A stretch of DNA of 64,000 nt from Mobula hypostoma (lineage: Eukaryota): NCBI RefSeq assembly GCF_963921235.1, contig NC_086097.1:89406001-89470000 (forward strand), read 5' to 3'. A program made the position numbers and the translations under genes. Shown piece after piece: positions 49,124-60,199 of this stretch. Within the stretch, counting starts at the first letter, position 1; every line of letters begins with the position of its first letter. The notes under the pieces are model-generated. The model saw only the letters and a list, made by a program, of their open reading frames with translations, was not told the DNA's origin and searched no databases.

Positions 49124-49610
49124 CATAGTCATAGTCATACTTTATTGATCCCGGGGGAAATTGGTTTTCGTTACAGTTGCACCATAAATAACTAAATAGT
49201 AATAAAACCATAAATAGTTAAATAGTAATATGTAAATTATGCCAGAAAATAAGTCCAGGACCAGCCTATTGGCTTAGGGTGTCTGACCCTCCAAGGGAAG
49301 AGTTGTAAAGTTTGATGGCCACAGGCAGGAATGACTTCCTATGACGTTCTGTGTTGCATCTCGGTGGAATGAGCCTCTGGCTGAATGTACTCCTGTGCCC
49401 AACCAGTACATTATGTAGTGGATGGGAGACATTGTCCAAGATGGCATGCAACTTGGACAGCATCCTCTTTTCAGACACCACCGTCAGAGAGTCCAGTTCC
49501 ATCCCCACAACATCACTGGCCTTACGAATGAGTTTGTTGATTCTGTTGGTGTCTGCTACTCTCAGCCTGCTGCCCCAGCACATAACAGCAAACACGATCG
49601 CACTGGCCAC
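49124..49610 (-). mobile_element. Rex1/Babar-type LINE 3' fragment, little decayed
   Basis: VVASAIVFAVMCWG...RINKLIRKASDVVG...ILDNVSHPLH...RKSFLPVAIKLYN; minus-strand AATAAA plus (TATGAC)n tail. Confidence 0.85.
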
Positions 49611-49875
49611 CACATCCATTCCCCTCATAATTTTACATCCCTTAAGTGCTGACATTTGTGAGTGAGGTCTGGCCTGTTGTTTTCTGTCCAGTTGAAGAAA
49701 CACTGCAAAAACATTTCAGGGCTGTGAGTCCAGACAAATATGGAGACTGCAAAAGGTGCTCCTGCACATTGTCCCTTAGTGGACCAATGAAAGAAAAGAA
49801 GAAAGTGTTTTTATTTATGAAGCTATAGGACAATGAAAAATGGCTTTCAGACAATTGCATGGTGGCTTTGAGAGT

Positions 49876-50095
49876 AACACACACAAAATTCTGGAGGAAC
49901 TTTGCAGGTTAGGCAGCTTCTGTGGAGAAGAATAGACAGTCGATATTTTGGGCTGAGACTCTTCAATAGTCTTGATGTGAAGGTCTTTGCCTGAACTTCG
50001 ACTGTTATTCCTCTCTACAGATGCTGCCTGACCTGCTGAGTTCCTCGAGCATTGTGTGTGGTGTGTGTGTGTGCTTCTCTGGATTTCCAGCATCC
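49876..50095. mobile_element. older fold-back pair of Penelope-like ends
   Basis: acacacaaaattctggaggaac...cagtcgatattttgggctgagac ... ttcgactg...atgctgcctgacctgctgagttcctc...tgtgtgt. Confidence 0.75.
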
Positions 50096-50512
50096 AGAAT
50101 AATGCACACTTCTGTTATGCCTGGTTGCCTTTATAATGTGGGAGTTTAAGTATAGCAAGCTTCTGCAAAGAGCAGTGACAGAACAGCCAAGTAATTTATT
50201 TTGCAGCAAAGGCATTGTTCAAAATACTATAGACAATGTCCCAACTCTTCAAAGCAGTGCCTTGGGATTTTCTTTACATCCACCAGAGGTTAGGCCAGGT
50301 CACTTCAGATTTAGCAGCCCCTCTGACTGTGGCAGTACCCCAGTATTGTACAGGGTGACATTTTTGCTTTGTGTTGAAGTGAGACTTGAACCTAAAACTG
50401 TCTGACTCAGAAATGTTGATAATGAATTGCAATTGGATTATACTTCAATCCACTAAATTTACCTGAGAAATTGATATCAACACTTAATAAAGATACATCA
50501 GGCCTAGTTCCA

Positions 50513-50611
50513 CAGCATTCCCTCAGCATTCCCTCAGTATTCCCTCAGCATTCCCTCAGCATTCCCTCAGCATTCCCTCAGCATTCCCTCAGCATTCCCT
50601 CAGTATTCCCT
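50513..50611 (+). repeat. minisatellite, 9 x 11-bp CAG(C/T)ATTCCCT
   Basis: Nine contiguous units; units 3 and 9 carry the T variant. Confidence 0.95.
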
Positions 50612-50665
50612 ATGCCTCAGTGTTTCTCTGTATCATAGTAACCATGATGTTCTCATCTTCCGCAG

Positions 50666-50752
50666 GCAAAGACTGTGGAAGAGAAGCGTCTCTGGACCCA
50701 TCACATAAAGCGGCTGATCCTGGAAAATCACCATGCCATCATTCCTCAGAAG
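50666..50752 (+). CDS. PLEKHG3: PLEKHG3 coding exon (PH C-terminal helix): [29 protein letters not shown]
   Basis: ttccgcag|GCA ... AAG|gtgagc; 87 nt, phase 0 to 0; contains the conserved PH-helix Trp. Confidence 0.95.
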
Positions 50753-51586
50753 GTGAGCTCCTGCTGAAGCATGATGAGCTGCACAACACAGTACTTAATA
50801 TCAGCTCCGTTGTGGCTTTAGAGAGAAGCACATAATGCCAGGGTGCTCAGCAGCATTTAATCCAGAGCCATAGTTGTTAATGCAGTGTAGTGTTCATCCA
50901 CAGAGCTATAGTGTGTATTTCAACAAATGCCAAGAACTAAATGGATGTATTTGCCTTCACCTTGAGGAATCGCAGTAATTCACTTCGAATTGTTGTGTTG
51001 AAGGGCATGTTTTCTATTGACTTTTGGGACCCAGATTGGTGCTTTTAGGAGGGAGACCTCTTTTTCAATGGAGGTTTTATACTGGATTCAATAAATGTCA
51101 TACAGTTTTTATTTTAATTTTGGGGTCATTGGTTTTAACCTTGTAGCATTCTTCCTATTCCAATCTAACTAAACCAGCCTGATTCTGGCCGACCCATCCA
51201 AATAAAGTCCAGCCCAGTCCCTAGCTTATACTAACCCTACTGTTCAATCCACTCCAGCTCCTAACAATCCAACCCACTCAGTGTCTCACTTGCCCAGCCC
51301 CTATTCAATCCGGCTTCAATCTCCGGTGCACAAATCCATCACACCCTAGCTCTTTCACACCGAAGGTGTTACAGGTGCTAAACCTTGAAATGCAGAAGCA
51401 GGCACCAGTGTTCTGGTTACGTGATTTGATTCTGTTTGTACATTCTCGATGCATGGTATGCCAAACTGAGCAGCTGAGCTTGATACCAGCTCTCCGAGGA
51501 AGTTTGTATCTTTGTCAACTTTACCAATACTAATTCCCCGGCCCCTTTGGTATGAAGTGACTTAATGCTTTGTTCTTTATATTCAG

Positions 51587-51620
51587 GCAAAGGAAGCCAT
51601 CTTGGAAATGGATTCCTATT
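51587..51620 (+). CDS. PLEKHG3: PLEKHG3 coding exon: AKEAILEMDSY(Y)
   Basis: atattcag|GCA ... TATT|gtaagt; 34 nt, phase 0 to 1. Confidence 0.93.
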
Positions 51621-53535
51621 GTAAGTATAAACCAATACATTACCTTAATACTTTACAAGTTAAGTTTTAACTTAACTACTGCCTTCATCAACTTGGCAAT
51701 TAATCTTCAATAAATCTCAGGTGCTTTTCCTCCTTGTGATAGTCAGGGTTTCCCAAAATTTGGTGCCTTGTTGTTCTATTAGCTTCAGAGCAATCATAAG
51801 GAAACCCAGAGTGTGTAGCAGGAAGGAAAGCTGAGGGAAAGTTGGAGGGGAGGATGGGGTGGGGGCTTGGTGATGGGGCAGTGGCATTTGCTGGGGGCAA
51901 AGCAGAACAAATGCTTTTGTACACCAGGCCAGATACTCCATACAGCAGAAATATCAAAGTGCAGTCCTTTGTCCACACTGGAATAGGCTGAACCCATTCA
52001 ACACCTTCAGAACAGCCTCCACCAAGAAAGTGGCTCTGCCGCCAGCCCACATGCTATCTAAAAGACAACTCCATTTGAGCTCCTTCCTTCTACGAAAGGA
52101 CTAGAAAATTTTAACATGATGAGACGAATCCCTTTCTACATTGTTTAATGTCATTTCCTGTACTCAAGTGTAAGGAGAACAAAATAATGGTTACTCCAGA
52201 TCCAAGCAGCACAGAAAGAACACAGAAAAGATAAATAATATAATAACAAACACAGAATAAATATACATAACATATCTTAGGTACATAGATTGTATGGCCA
52301 TATAGTGAAGCTAGGCTGTACATAGGTTAGTGGGTGGAGTCTTACTGCTTGGGGAAAGTAACTGTTTTTGAGTCTGGTGGTCCTGACGGGGATGCTCCGT
52401 AGCCTGCTCCCTGATGGGAGTGTGACAAACAGTCCACGAGCAGGGTGTGTGGGATGCTTCATCATGTTACTGGTCCTTTAATGGGTTATAAACAAGATGG
52501 CACCAGTGAACCACGGTGATGTTCTGTGGGCCATGGAAATACTTGTGAATTATTCTCACTGTAATCCGCAGCATGTTCTTTTTCTTTCTTTTTGTACTTG
52601 CACAGTTTGTTGTTTTTTGCACACTGGTTGAATGTCCAAGTTGGGTGATCTTTCATTGATTTTGTTATGGTTATTATTCTATAGATTTATTGAGAATATC
52701 CAAAAGAAAATGAATCTTAGGGTTGTATATGGTGACATATATGTACTTTGATAATAAATTTACATTGAACTTTGAACCTTTTTGTATATATATCCTTGAT
52801 TGCGGGTTGGCTGGTGCCACTAATGTGTTGGGCAGTTTTGACTGCTTATCGTAGAGCCATCCTGGCGCCTGCACTGCAGTTTCCAGGCTAAGCAGTGAGA
52901 CATTGCTAGGGTGCCCTCTACTGTGCATTTGTAGAATGACTCGAGTACAGCTCTCTTTAGCCTCCTCAGAAAGTAGAGGTGCTGGCAGCTTTCTTGACTG
53001 TGTTGGATGTGTTATGGGCCCATGAGAGGTTGCACTTGATATGAACTGCCAGGAGTTTAAAACTGTTTGCAGTTTCCACTGCTGTGCCACTGATGTAGTT
53101 ACCTTTACCTGGTATAGTGCAATATACTCAGACTTTATCCTTGAAGGATTCAATGTTTAAAAACAATTCGATTGAAATTGGAATTGATTTATTTTTACCA
53201 CTTGTATCGGGATACACTGAAAGAATTGTCTTGTGTACTGTTCATACAGATCAGATCATTATATCAGTGCGTTGAGGTAGAACAAAGTAAAACAACCGCA
53301 ATACAGCGAGAGAGTAACTGTAGTGCAGGTGATCACTAATGTGCAAGATCATAACAAGGTAGATTGAGGTTAAGAGTCCCATGTATCATACCAGGGGTCT
53401 AGTTAATAGTCTTATAACAGAGGGGTAGAAGCTGCCTTTGAGCCTGGTGGTAAAGGCTTTCAAGCTTTGCTATCTTCTGCCCAACCCTGAAAGGCAAGAA
53501 GGGAGTATGCCCAGGCTGGGTGAAGTCTTTGATTA

Positions 53536-55855
53536 CAGTACTGTGCAAAAGCCTTGGGCACATGTTAAAAAAAAATACTCTGTAAAGTGAAGATGCTTTC
53601 AAAAATAATGAAATGAAACTTTCTTAAGTATCAAAAAGATTATTATAAAGAGCAGTAAACAGTAAAAAAAAAAGTAAACCAAATCAATATTTGGTGTGAC
53701 CACCCTTTGCTTAAAATTACAGCAATTCTCTTAGGTACACTGTTGTACAGTTTTATAAGAAAATCGACTGGTAGGTTGTTCCAAGCATCTTGGAGGACTT
53801 GCCACAGTTCTTCTGCAAACTGGCTGTCTCACTTGATTCTGCATCTAGACAGACAGTCTCGATGATGTTGGGATCAGGACCTGCGGAGACCGTACCATTT
53901 GTCGCAGAACTCCTTGTGCTTCTTTTCACTGAAACTAGTTCTTTATGACCTTGGCAATGTGTTTGGGGTCATTGTCCTGCTACAGAATGAAGTTGGGATT
54001 GATGAGACACCTCCGTAGAGATCGTTAGGAGCACCAAATTTCTTGGTTCTCACCTGGTCCCTTAACACCAGCTCCATAGCAAAGAAAGCCCAGCAGCATC
54101 TCTACTTTCTGCAAAGGCTGAGAAAAGTCCATCTCCCACACCCCATCCTCACCACATTTTACAGAGGTTGTATTGAGAGCATCCTGAGCAGCTGCATCAC
54201 TGCCTGGTTTGGAAATTGCACCATCTCGGATCGCAAGACCCTGCAGCGGATGGTGAGGTCAGCTGAGATGATCATCGGGGTCTCTCTTCCCACCATTACA
54301 GACATTTACACCACACGCTGCATCCGTAAAGCGAACAGCATTATGAAGGACCCCACGCACCCCTCATACAAACTCTTCTCCCTCCTGCCATCTGGCAAAA
54401 GGCACCGAAGTATTCGGGCTCTCACGATCAGACTATGTAACAGTTTCTTCCCCCAAGCCATCAGACTCCTCAATACCCAGAGCCTGGACTGACACCAACC
54501 TACTGCCCTCTACTGTGCCTATTGTCTTGTTTATTATTTATTGTAATGCCTGCACTGTTTTGTGCACTTTATGCAGTCCTGGGTAGGTCTGTAGTCTAGT
54601 GTAGTTTTTGTGTTGTTTTACATAGTTCAGTGTAGTTTTTGTATTGTTTCATGTAGCACCATGGTCCTGGAAAATGCTGTCTCATTTTTACTGTGTACTG
54701 TACCAGCAGTTATGGTCGAAATGACAATGAAAAGTGACTTGACTTGATTTGACTTGACTGATTCCATTGCCTGATGGATGAGAGTCTGTGTGTACTCAAC
54801 ATTGACAAATCCATTAATTTTGACTAGATCACCAACTCCATTTGCAGAAATGCAGCCTCAAACTTGCAGGGATCCTCCACTGTGCTGCACAATTGGTTGC
54901 AGACAATCATCTGTGTAGCACTCCCCAGCCCTTTTATGACAACCTGCCTCCTGTTTGAACCAAAAACTTCAAATTTTGACTCGTCAGTCTCGAGCACTTG
55001 CTGCCCTTGTTCAGCACCTTAGTCCTTGTGCTTTTGTGCGTAGGTGAGTCTCTTGGCTTTGTTTCCGCTTCAGAGGATTTGCTTTTTGACAGCAGCTCAT
55101 CCATAAAGACCACTTCTGACAAGACTTCTCCGGACTATTGAAGAGTCTACTTGGGTTCCAGTGACTTCTGTAGTTCAGAGTTGATAGCAATGCTGAACAA
55201 CTTCTAATTTAGAAGGGGTGTCATTTGACGCATCTCTCAGCTGCTGCACTCAGTTTCCAAGTCTGACCACTGTGTTTCTGGTCCTTAGCCTTGCCCATTT
55301 CTTTGTGCTTCTTCAGAAGAGCTTGGCAGCTCATCTTGAAAGTCTTGTCTGTTGTGAAATTTCTATTTGGGAGAGAACTTGCTGATTCAGGATGACTACT
55401 TTGTGTCTTGTTGCTATGCTCACTCTTGCCATGGTGCATTGATGATTGGAAGATTAAACTGTCACATCTGCCACACCCTTACCTTTTAGTTTGGTTGTCC
55501 TTCACTTAGTTTGATTCCTTCTTCACCTGTTTCTGTTTCAGTTAATCAGTTTAGTTCATTCAACTTATTATGTCATTGATCATTAGCATTCTGTTTGTTA
55601 TCTTTGTTTAATCATGCACTGGCCTATAACATACAAAATAATCAAGGTTTTATTTGAAAAGCAGCCTATTGCTTAATAGATTACTTTCTTAGAAATAGAA
55701 AAACATTCTGTAACTTTTTTTTTGGGAAATTAATGTTTGGAAATCTAAAATTTGCTCATTTCTGCTGACACGCTATTGCAGAAGACAGAAAATAAATGTG
55801 TAAAACAAAATTTATATGAAAAATCTGGGGTGCCAAAGACTCTTAGACAGGACTG
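53536..55855 (-). mobile_element. Tc1-type DNA transposon with decayed transposase, interrupted by a LINE
   Basis: TA then cagtactgtgcaaaagccttgggcac ... gtgccaaagactcttagacaggactg. Minus-strand ATG 55432 MARVSIATRHKVVIL, QALLKKHKEMG, TDESKFEVFG (about 54960-54990), QDNDPKH (about 53960-53980), PDPNIIE (about 53858-53880). Confidence 0.88.
54015..54758 (+). mobile_element. Rex1/Babar-type LINE 3' fragment inside the Tc1 element
   Basis: ORF 54043-54492 [15 protein letters not shown]...[19 protein letters not shown]...LLPSGKR; (GACTT)n tail at 54736-54758. Confidence 0.9.
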
Positions 55856-56569
55856 TGCAGGGGCTGATTTGCTGAGATGGTGAGAAATAAGAGTTCAGAG
55901 AGGGGAGGCTAGTTTTTACGATGTGCTGAGCTGTGTCCACAACTTGATGCAATTTCTTGAAGTCGCAAGCAGAGCGGTTGCCACAAGACGTTCTGCATCC
56001 AGGTAGTGTTTCAGTGAACGAGTTATCAATTGGAACAGATTCCATAGAAAAAAATCAATAATTCATTAAGTTCAATTGAGTTAATTTATTAATTTGATTG
56101 ATTCCTTTATTGTAGGAAGTGAGAAATTTGGACCTCTGGATCCAAAACCCTTTATCTGAGTCTATTATAAACAGTTTGCTAAAGATTAATTATAATTGTT
56201 CAACAGCTTCAAAATCATTCAGACTTGCTGTCAGCAGGATTGTTCAAAGTTCAAAGTAAATCTACTATCAAAATACATCTATGTCACCATATACTGCCCT
56301 GAGATTTTTTTTTTGTGGGCAATCACAGTAAATACAAAGAAACAAGAGAATCAATGGAAAACTGCACACAAACAAAAGACAGACAACCAATGTGCAAGAC
56401 AACAAATTGTGCAAATACAAAAAGAATAAAAATTGAGAATGTGAGTTACACAGTCCTATAACGTGAGTCCATAAGTTGTGGAATCAATTCAGTGTTGGAA
56501 TGAGTGAAGCTATCCACTCTGGTTCAGGAGCTTGATGGTTGAGGGGTACTAACTGATTATTACCCCTCA

Positions 56570-57444
56570 AGGGATTCTATATAAATGAATTTCAAAATGA
56601 TCAAATTACGTCAAGTGAAAATGCTGAATGAGTGGCCTCCAAGTTTTTTCAAACTTAATAGAAGGGTCATAAACTGCACTTGTAATTTTCTCCAAATTTA
56701 AACACACCATAGTTTGTGAAAACCAATGAAATACCTTAGGAGGGTTGATCTCTTTCCAATTCAACAAAATGGACCTTCTAGCTATTAAAGTAAGAAATGC
56801 AATCATCCTTCGTGATGAAGAGGTTAAATTATTTAAGTCTATCATTGGTAGTCCAAAGATAGCAGTAATTGGATGAGGTTGTAAGTCTATATTTAGGACC
56901 ATTGAAATAATATCGAAAATATCTTTCCAGTATTTCTCCAACAAGGGACATGACCAGAACATGTGGGTTAAAGAAGCTATCTCGGAATGGCATCTGTCAC
57001 ATATTGGATTAATATAAGAATAATAACGCGATAGTTTATCTTTGGACATATGAGCCCTGTGCCCTACTTTAAACTGTATCAACCTATGCTTAGCACATAC
57101 AGAGGATGAATTCACCAACTGAAGAATTTTTTCCCATTTTTCAATCGGTATATTAATCTCAAGCTCTCTTTCCCAGTCAGCTTTGATTTTATTAGAAGCA
57201 TCAGGACATAGATTCATAATTATATTATATATAATTGCTACTACACTTTTCTGAGAGAGATTTAAATCTAAGATTTTTGTATTATCCGTGGTTAGTTCTA
57301 CATGTTTGGGAGCTTTGTTAATTTCCACTACTTGGTTTTGCAATTAATTTTTTTAAGTGTAACATTACATCTCCTTCTATTTGTATTATGGCTATGTTCT
57401 GTTTCTGTATTTTGAAATTAATAAAAAGATTGAAAAAGAAAGAA
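56570..57444. mobile_element. L1-clade LINE 3' portion with 5' inversion
   Basis: Minus-strand ORF 56606-57343 with CCHC knuckle CDRCHSEIASLTHMFWSC, joined to a plus-strand T-rich 3' UTR ending AATAAAAAGATTGAAAAAGAAAGAA (57420-57444). Confidence 0.78.
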
Positions 57445-57579
57445 TTTCGGACTTCCCTCCTCCAATAAGTGATGTGTGCGTAAACCTCAGTGGTTCTGTT
57501 CCATCTCTTCTATGTTCCTTGATGACAAACCAGTTGACTGATGGGTTACTGACTGCTCATCTTGCTGTGTTCCTTCTAG

Positions 57580-57675
57580 ATCCTTCCAAATACCGATACA
57601 GTCCAGAACGATTAAAAAAACCGATGTCCTCCCACGAAGAACTATTGGGCTATCGTAAGGGCCGCAGGCAATCTG
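57580..57675 (+). CDS. PLEKHG3: PLEKHG3 coding exon: PSKYRYSPERLKKPMSSHEELLGYRKGRRQS(E)
   Basis: ccttctag|AT ... TCTG|gtaagg; 96 nt, phase 1 to 1. Confidence 0.92.
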
Positions 57676-57796
57676 GTAAGGTCAAGTCTGGGGCCGTTCA
57701 AGCAAGAGGTACTGTAGATAAGGAAGCATTAAAGGGTCTTAAGCAGGAGTTCTCAAACTGGGGTCCATGGTATTGCTTAATGGTACTGATCCATGG

Positions 57797-58207
57797 ACCT
57801 GTACTCACTGGAATTTAGAAGTATGCAGGGGGATCTCATTATAACCTACCGAATGTTGAAAGGACTAGATAGGGTGGATGTGGAGAGGATGTTTCCTCTG
57901 GTGGAAGTATTCAGAACTAGAGGGCACACCCTCAAAATTGAGGGCTGACCCTTTAGAACAGAGGTAAGGAGGAATTTTTTTAGTTAGTGAGTAGTGAATC
58001 TGTGGAATGCCCTGCCACAGACTGCAGTGGAGGCCAAGTCCTTGGGTATATTTAAGGCAGAAGTTGATAGTTTCCTGATCGGTCAGGGCATCAAGGGGTA
58101 TGGCGAGAAGGCAGGTGTATGGGGTTGAGTGGGATCTGGGATCAGCCATGAAGGAATGGTGGAGCAGGCTCGATGGGCTGAATGGCCTAATTCTGCTCCG
58201 GTGTTAT
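57797..58207 (+). mobile_element. CR1 LINE 3' fragment
   Basis: tactcactggaatttagaag...gtgaatctgtggaatgccctgccacag...gggctgaatggcctaattctgctcc, homologous to 2775-3170. Confidence 0.85.
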
Positions 58208-59351
58208 CGTCTAGACCCCTGGTCTAAAAGAAGAGAGAGAATCATCCAAGATTGCAGTAAATGGCCAACCAGGTTTAAAGGCCCAGCTGATTCTAATTTA
58301 CTATGTTTCCTTGAGAAAGCAATCCTCTCTTTCAACCAATCCCATTTGCCCCTTCACCTCTGCTAGAGAACCATGGTTAACCTTGGCACAGGTGGTAGGA
58401 GGTTTTGGTTAAGTTCTGCTGGGGATTGAGCCTGCTGAAAAGACAGTGAGGATTGAGTGTAGAACAGTGGGCCTGGGGATTGACCCTGGGATGGTGGAGA
58501 ATGCCCATACCAGATGCTCAGTTCACTACCATCCAGAAACATTGATAGAGAAGTCATATGGAACAATAGTGAATGACTTCCTCTGCCCAAGGGTGCCACT
58601 GAGAACTCTCAGCACCTCAAGCATAGGTGTCCTTATAGCCCCACCATGAATCCAGTGGGGTGCTTTCCACACCCGAAGACAGCGCAGGTGCAACAGGAGT
58701 GTTCCCGCACAGGTCTGGCAAAGAGCTTGAAAAAGCAGCAAGTTTTTCCACAGGAGTTCTTGATTGGAGTGCTGCGCAGACACAAGTGCATTCAGTGCAC
58801 CTGACAAAGATGTTCGATGGGAAACCCACTCTCTATAAGCGTTCATCATGGGAGTGGTGAAAAACTGCTCCTCTTCTACTGAAGTGTACTCCTTGAGCTG
58901 TTGCTCATACAGAGGGTGCTGTGGGCTTGATCTTTGAGCAATCAAATGGAGCAAAGGAGTGTTCGACAAGAGAGAGATACTAAAAGAAAGTATGGATGTC
59001 TCAAAGTTCTTTAGGTTAGGAAATCATTGGCTTTAAAAAAAAACAACTTGCATTGCTGGGTTGAACATACATGAATCGACTGCTAACGTTGCTTACCAGA
59101 GCCTGTCATTGGTTCCTTTGCATTGACTTGTGATGCAGGAAGGCCATTTGGCCAATCAGAGTCCTCGGAGCAATCATGTGTCCTCGCTTATTTCCCTGTA
59201 ACCTATACTCTCTCATATTCCCGTCACTCCACCCTTCCAGCTGATCCATTTGGCACCCACCCATTTACACTGGCTTATGAAACTACATGCCTTGGGCACT
59301 GGGAGAAAATCAGTGTGCCCACAGAGAACCCACATGGTATGGGAAAGCACT

Positions 59352-59983
59352 CTGTACTGCAGTAATTTTACGTATTGCACTGTACTGCTGCCACACACCA
59401 AAAAAAAAGTTTAAATGACATTTGATAAACCTGATTCTGATATGGGTCTCCATTGTGGACTGAGAGTGGGAAGGGATCAGGGTGAGGGGGAAGGAGTGGG
59501 AAGCATCAGAGAGACATTCTGTAATGATCAATAAACAAATGGTTTGGAATCAAGTGAACTTACCTGCTGTCTCAGGGCTGGGTGTGTCTGCACCCCTGCC
59601 AGACCCTGCCCCGGCACTCCTCCTCTGCCACCTGTCCCACAGCCCACCTGCGGAGCCTCACTCTCGCCATTCCCAGCATCCTTTGCTCCCGCCAGATTTA
59701 CAAACTCGCTCTCCGCTCCGTGTTAACAAGTACTGTACTGTGTAGAAGTCTTAGGCACCCTAGCTATATTCCAGTGACCGTGTGAATTTCTTCCAAGGTG
59801 CTCCAGTTTCCTCCCACGTGCAAAAGACGTTCTGGTCTGTAGGTTAACTGGTCACTGTGAGCTGTCCCATGATTAGGCTAGGGTTAAAATCAGGGGATTA
59901 CTGGGCCGCGTGGCTTGAAGGGCCTTAGTCCGCACTGCATCTCAATAAATAAACATAGGTGGCTGAGACTTTGCACAGTACTG
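59352..59983. mobile_element. second copy of the compound Tc1-type element; right mini-MITE split by a V-SINE-like insertion
   Basis: Cargo matches 47440-47815; right unit tactgtgtagaagtcttaggcacc [SINE about 59770-59953] ...gagactttgcacagtactg then TA. Confidence 0.78.
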
Positions 59984-60160
59984 TAACTTCCGCACATTTT
60001 CAGCACCAAGAGGTCAATGACCATAGGGCCGGAGGTAGCAGCACTACCTTCTGCATTACCGTGCTGCTGATGAAGGGAAGAGAAGGCTTTGATGTGTAAT
60101 GTTGATAGTCTGACAATGCACCTTTATCCACTTACTTAATTGTTTCTATTCCTTTTTCAG

Positions 60161-60199
60161 AGCCAGCGAAACAGATCCTGAAGTCTTTGGTGCAGAGCG
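60161..60199 (+). CDS. PLEKHG3: PLEKHG3 coding exon: (E)PAKQILKSLVQS
   Basis: ctttttcag|AG ... AGCG|gtaagt; 39 nt, phase 1 to 1; completes the GRRQSEP motif. Confidence 0.88.

Noticed and set aside
50513..50611. Regular short repeats resembling a CRISPR array
   Set aside because: No spacers, 11-bp units, no cas genes, vertebrate intron.
58526..58969. 147-aa minus ORF and a plus-strand acceptor-like ccttatag at 58638
   Set aside because: No recognisable domain; splicing from the phase-1 exon 57675 gives A-P-P-stop, and there is no other support.
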